DNA of 35,484 nt from Thelocarpon superellum (Eukaryota), in assembly GCA_026025795.1 (NCBI GenBank), contig JAPEUG010000156.1, positions 1 through 35,484 of the forward strand. The letters are read 5' to 3'. Below, piece by piece: positions 32,867 through 35,484 of this stretch. A program made the position numbers and the translations under genes. Numbering within the stretch: position 1 is the stretch's first letter; each line of letters begins with the position of its first letter. The notes under the pieces were generated by a model. The model had not been told where the DNA came from. It did no database searches and saw only the letters and a program-made list of their open reading frames with translations.

Positions 32867-35075
32867 ATGAAGCTGCTCGCTGGTCTGGCGGCCGTGACGG
32901 CGCTCTTTGCCTCCTCCGTGCTCTCGCTCTCGCTCACGCCCTCATCGCAGGGCCCATCGCTGGCCCCGCAGCACTATCCGCCCCCTCGACGTGGCCTTCA
33001 GTCACGCTCCCTCCCGGGCATCACGCCACGCTCCCTCCGCCGCTATCTCGGCCGCCGCTATCTCGGCCGCCGCTCCATCGCGAGCAACTTCTCCGCCAGC
33101 ACCTATGTCCGACGAGGCTTCCACTCGTGTAAGTTATCCCGCTTGGGAAGCGTCGTGCGCAGGTGACTGACCCGCGGCACAGCGGCCATCGTCGACAACT
33201 GGGTCTACATCGATGGCGGGGACTACGCCTACTATGCCGACAATTCGGACATCCAGATCAACATCATGCCGCGTAAGATGCGTCCGTCGGACCGGTCTCG
33301 GGTGTGCCCACTGACCCCCGCTAGTGCAATCGACCATCGCCATCGACCTCTCCCAGGGCTGGCAGAATGACGGCTCGCCACTGCACGTGGTCGAGACGCC
33401 CAAGCCCGTCGGCTGTCCCTCGCTCAATTTCGGCGAGCTGTGGTACAATCCCGTGGCCAAGGTGCTGATGATGGGCTTTGCTGGCGAATCGCCCTCGAAT
33501 CAGACGTACCCCAAGTCCCTGTGGCAGCTCAAAGTCGATGGCAACGGCGGCGGCATCTGGAGCGATGCCACTCCCGACCTGACCGACGACACGTACAAGA
33601 CGCTCACGCGGCCGTCGACGGGCGTGTCGATGTACAGCAACACCAGCGCCCTGTACCTGGGTGGCTGGATGGACTATCAGACCCTGCCGCAGACGAACGC
33701 GATGAATACCTCGCAGACGGTGCCCATGCCCGGCTTGGTCGAGTACAATTTCCAGAACAACACGTGGACCAACCATAGCAGTGCCCCCTACTCGCCCGAA
33801 GGCTTCGCCGCCCTGGGCGAGATGGTCTTCGTCCCCTCGTACGGGGCGCAGGGCCTGTTCGTCATGTTGGGCGGTGCCTCGGATGGTCTGCAGACGTACG
33901 CGACCAACAACACGATGCGGGGCTTTGACAACATCACCATCTACGACCCGGCCTCGCAGAAGTGGTACCAGCAGAAGGCCACCGGCATCATTCCCGAGCC
34001 GCGCTACCAGTTCTGCGCCGTCGGTCAGCAGGCGACCAACAACAATGCCTTTGACATGTACGTGACCCAGAGGAAGGGCGTAGACGAGCGAGAGCGGGTG
34101 AACACGGGGCTGACCATGAGTAGCTTCATCTACGCCGGTTGGGACGGCACCTTCGGCGGCGAATCGGTGCATTTCGATGAGGTGTTTGTATTGACGCTGC
34201 CCGCGTTCCAGTGGATCAAAGTCGACTACGCCGCCACCAAGCCACGCTATGGCCACACCTGCCACGTCGTGGGAAGTCGGCAAATGCTCGTGGTGGGCGG
34301 GGTGGATCCGTCACAACTCAACAGCACCGCGGCATTTGAATCCAAGGACAATACCCAACAGGGTCTGGGCATCTTGGACATGTCCAACTTGGTCTGGCTT
34401 CCCGGCATCTTGACGGGGACGACGGGTTATGTGCAGAATACGCTGATTGCCGAGATCTACACCACCAGGTTCGTCAAGCATGTGGATGGAGAAAGATCTC
34501 GCTAACCCCGTGTAGTGGCAAGTGGCCTGCGGCGTGGAACAATCAAGATCTGGCGGATCTCATGGGATATAATGGCAATGGCACCGGTATGTTTGGACGA
34601 CTGAGGGAAACGGAGATGAATCGAGGCCTGACATTGTGTAGGCTCGAATGGCGAAGACGGCACCGTGCCCGTCGGCCTCATCGTGGGTGCGGCCATTGGC
34701 GGCCTCTGCGCCGTCGGCCTGATCATCATCGGGGCATGGCTCCTGCTTCGACTGCGACACCAAGAAGCGCCGGCACCACGTGTGGTCCCGTCGGCACCGC
34801 TCGAGTTGATGCAGGATATGAAGTTCTATCCCTCAGGTGGATCACCGATCACGGAGGAATATGCGCCGGAGAAGTCGTCTCTCCACTCATACGGCACGTA
34901 CAGCGAGAACGGCCAGCTGTACCGACAATACTCCGTCCCGCAACAGTCCCAACCCCAACGCGTGGTGGAACTCGCGCACCCACAGGTGGCGGCAGTCGAG
35001 TTGGAAGGCTCGGGCAGTCGGGGGAGCAGTTTCAAGAGTGGGGCTTCGTCTATGGGCCGGCATTCGAAACGGTAG
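32867..35075 (+). CDS. Secreted Kelch/galactose-oxidase-like beta-propeller protein with single C-terminal TM helix
   Basis: Introns 33129-33182, 33273-33324, 34058-34123, 34469-34515, 34587-34641. Signal peptide MKLLAGLAAVTALFASSVLS; Kelch blades WVYIDGG, LYLGGW, LFVMLGG..IYDPASQKWYQQKATG.IPEPRYQFCAV, FIYAGW, VLTLPAFQWIKV, RYGHTCHVVGSRQMLVVGG; TM GLIVGAAIGGLCAVGLIIIGAWLLL; tail with xxEL motifs. Confidence 0.88.
33037..33074 (+). repeat. 15-bp coding tandem repeat (CCGCCGCTATCTCGG) x2.5 encoding RRYLG-RRYLG-RR
   Basis: Read directly in exon 1 of the Kelch gene. Confidence 0.85.
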
Positions 35076-35454
35076 CATCATGAGATGGGCGCACCGGCCG
35101 CAACCATCTCCCTCTCGTCCCATCTCCACCATGATCACGCCCTGTATACCTGAACATCATCCAACGCGACCTCGTCCTCGACCTCGACCTCGGGAATAGC
35201 ATACTACGGCCAAGAGAAGCGAGGCGTACGGCGTATGGGAGTAACTGATACACACCACACTCTCTCACCCACATTCTCTGACCCCTCCCCTGCTCATTCT
35301 CATTCTCTCTCTTACTCTCTCGGACACACCACCCACTCACTCGCTCGCTTACAATATCTGTGATCATCTCCGATTCGCACACTACTCGACCTTGTCAAAT
35401 TGATACCGGCAAGACCTCGATGACGGACTGATACAGAAGAAACTGGCCGGTATC

Positions 35455-35484
35455 TCTCCATCTCCATCTCCATCTCCATCTCCA
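35455..35484. repeat. (TCTCCA)n microsatellite running off the right edge
   Basis: Five consecutive copies up to the window end. Confidence 0.9.

Noticed and set aside
4887..35075. Programmed stop-codon readthrough (TGA-CTA context) producing cryptic peroxisomal isoforms
   Set aside because: None of the 13 complete genes has the TGA CTA context after its stop.

Overview
Gene-dense, intron-rich, GC-rich region of a filamentous ascomycete (Pezizomycotina-type) nuclear genome. Introns are mostly 45-100 nt GT-AG with CTRAC-type branch points. The raw ORF track is fragmented by these introns, so I spliced the genes by hand and recovered 14 protein-coding genes. In order: PRX5-type peroxiredoxin (-, runs off the left edge), Skn7/SrrA HSF-response regulator, eIF2B-epsilon, Ariadne/Hel1 RBR E3 ligase, primase small subunit PRI1, DUF167/YggU protein (-), SLD2, MAM33 (-), an orphan small secreted Cys-rich protein (-), EXO1, FIG1, a HAD RNA-repair-like protein with an RGG tail (-), a Topors-like RING protein, and a secreted Kelch-propeller single-pass membrane protein. 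I found no tRNA, rRNA, CRISPR array or transposon, and no clearly new multi-gene system. The best leads are regulatory or isoform-level: a two-AUG mitochondrial/cytosolic peroxiredoxin facing its likely regulator Skn7; a possible non-AUG, NLS-bearing N-terminal extension of the Ariadne ligase; an unusually long, structured putative 5'-UTR intron upstream of the DUF167 gene; and the effector-like orphan whose signal peptide starts in a 15-nt micro-exon. Family assignments come from motif recognition, not database searches.
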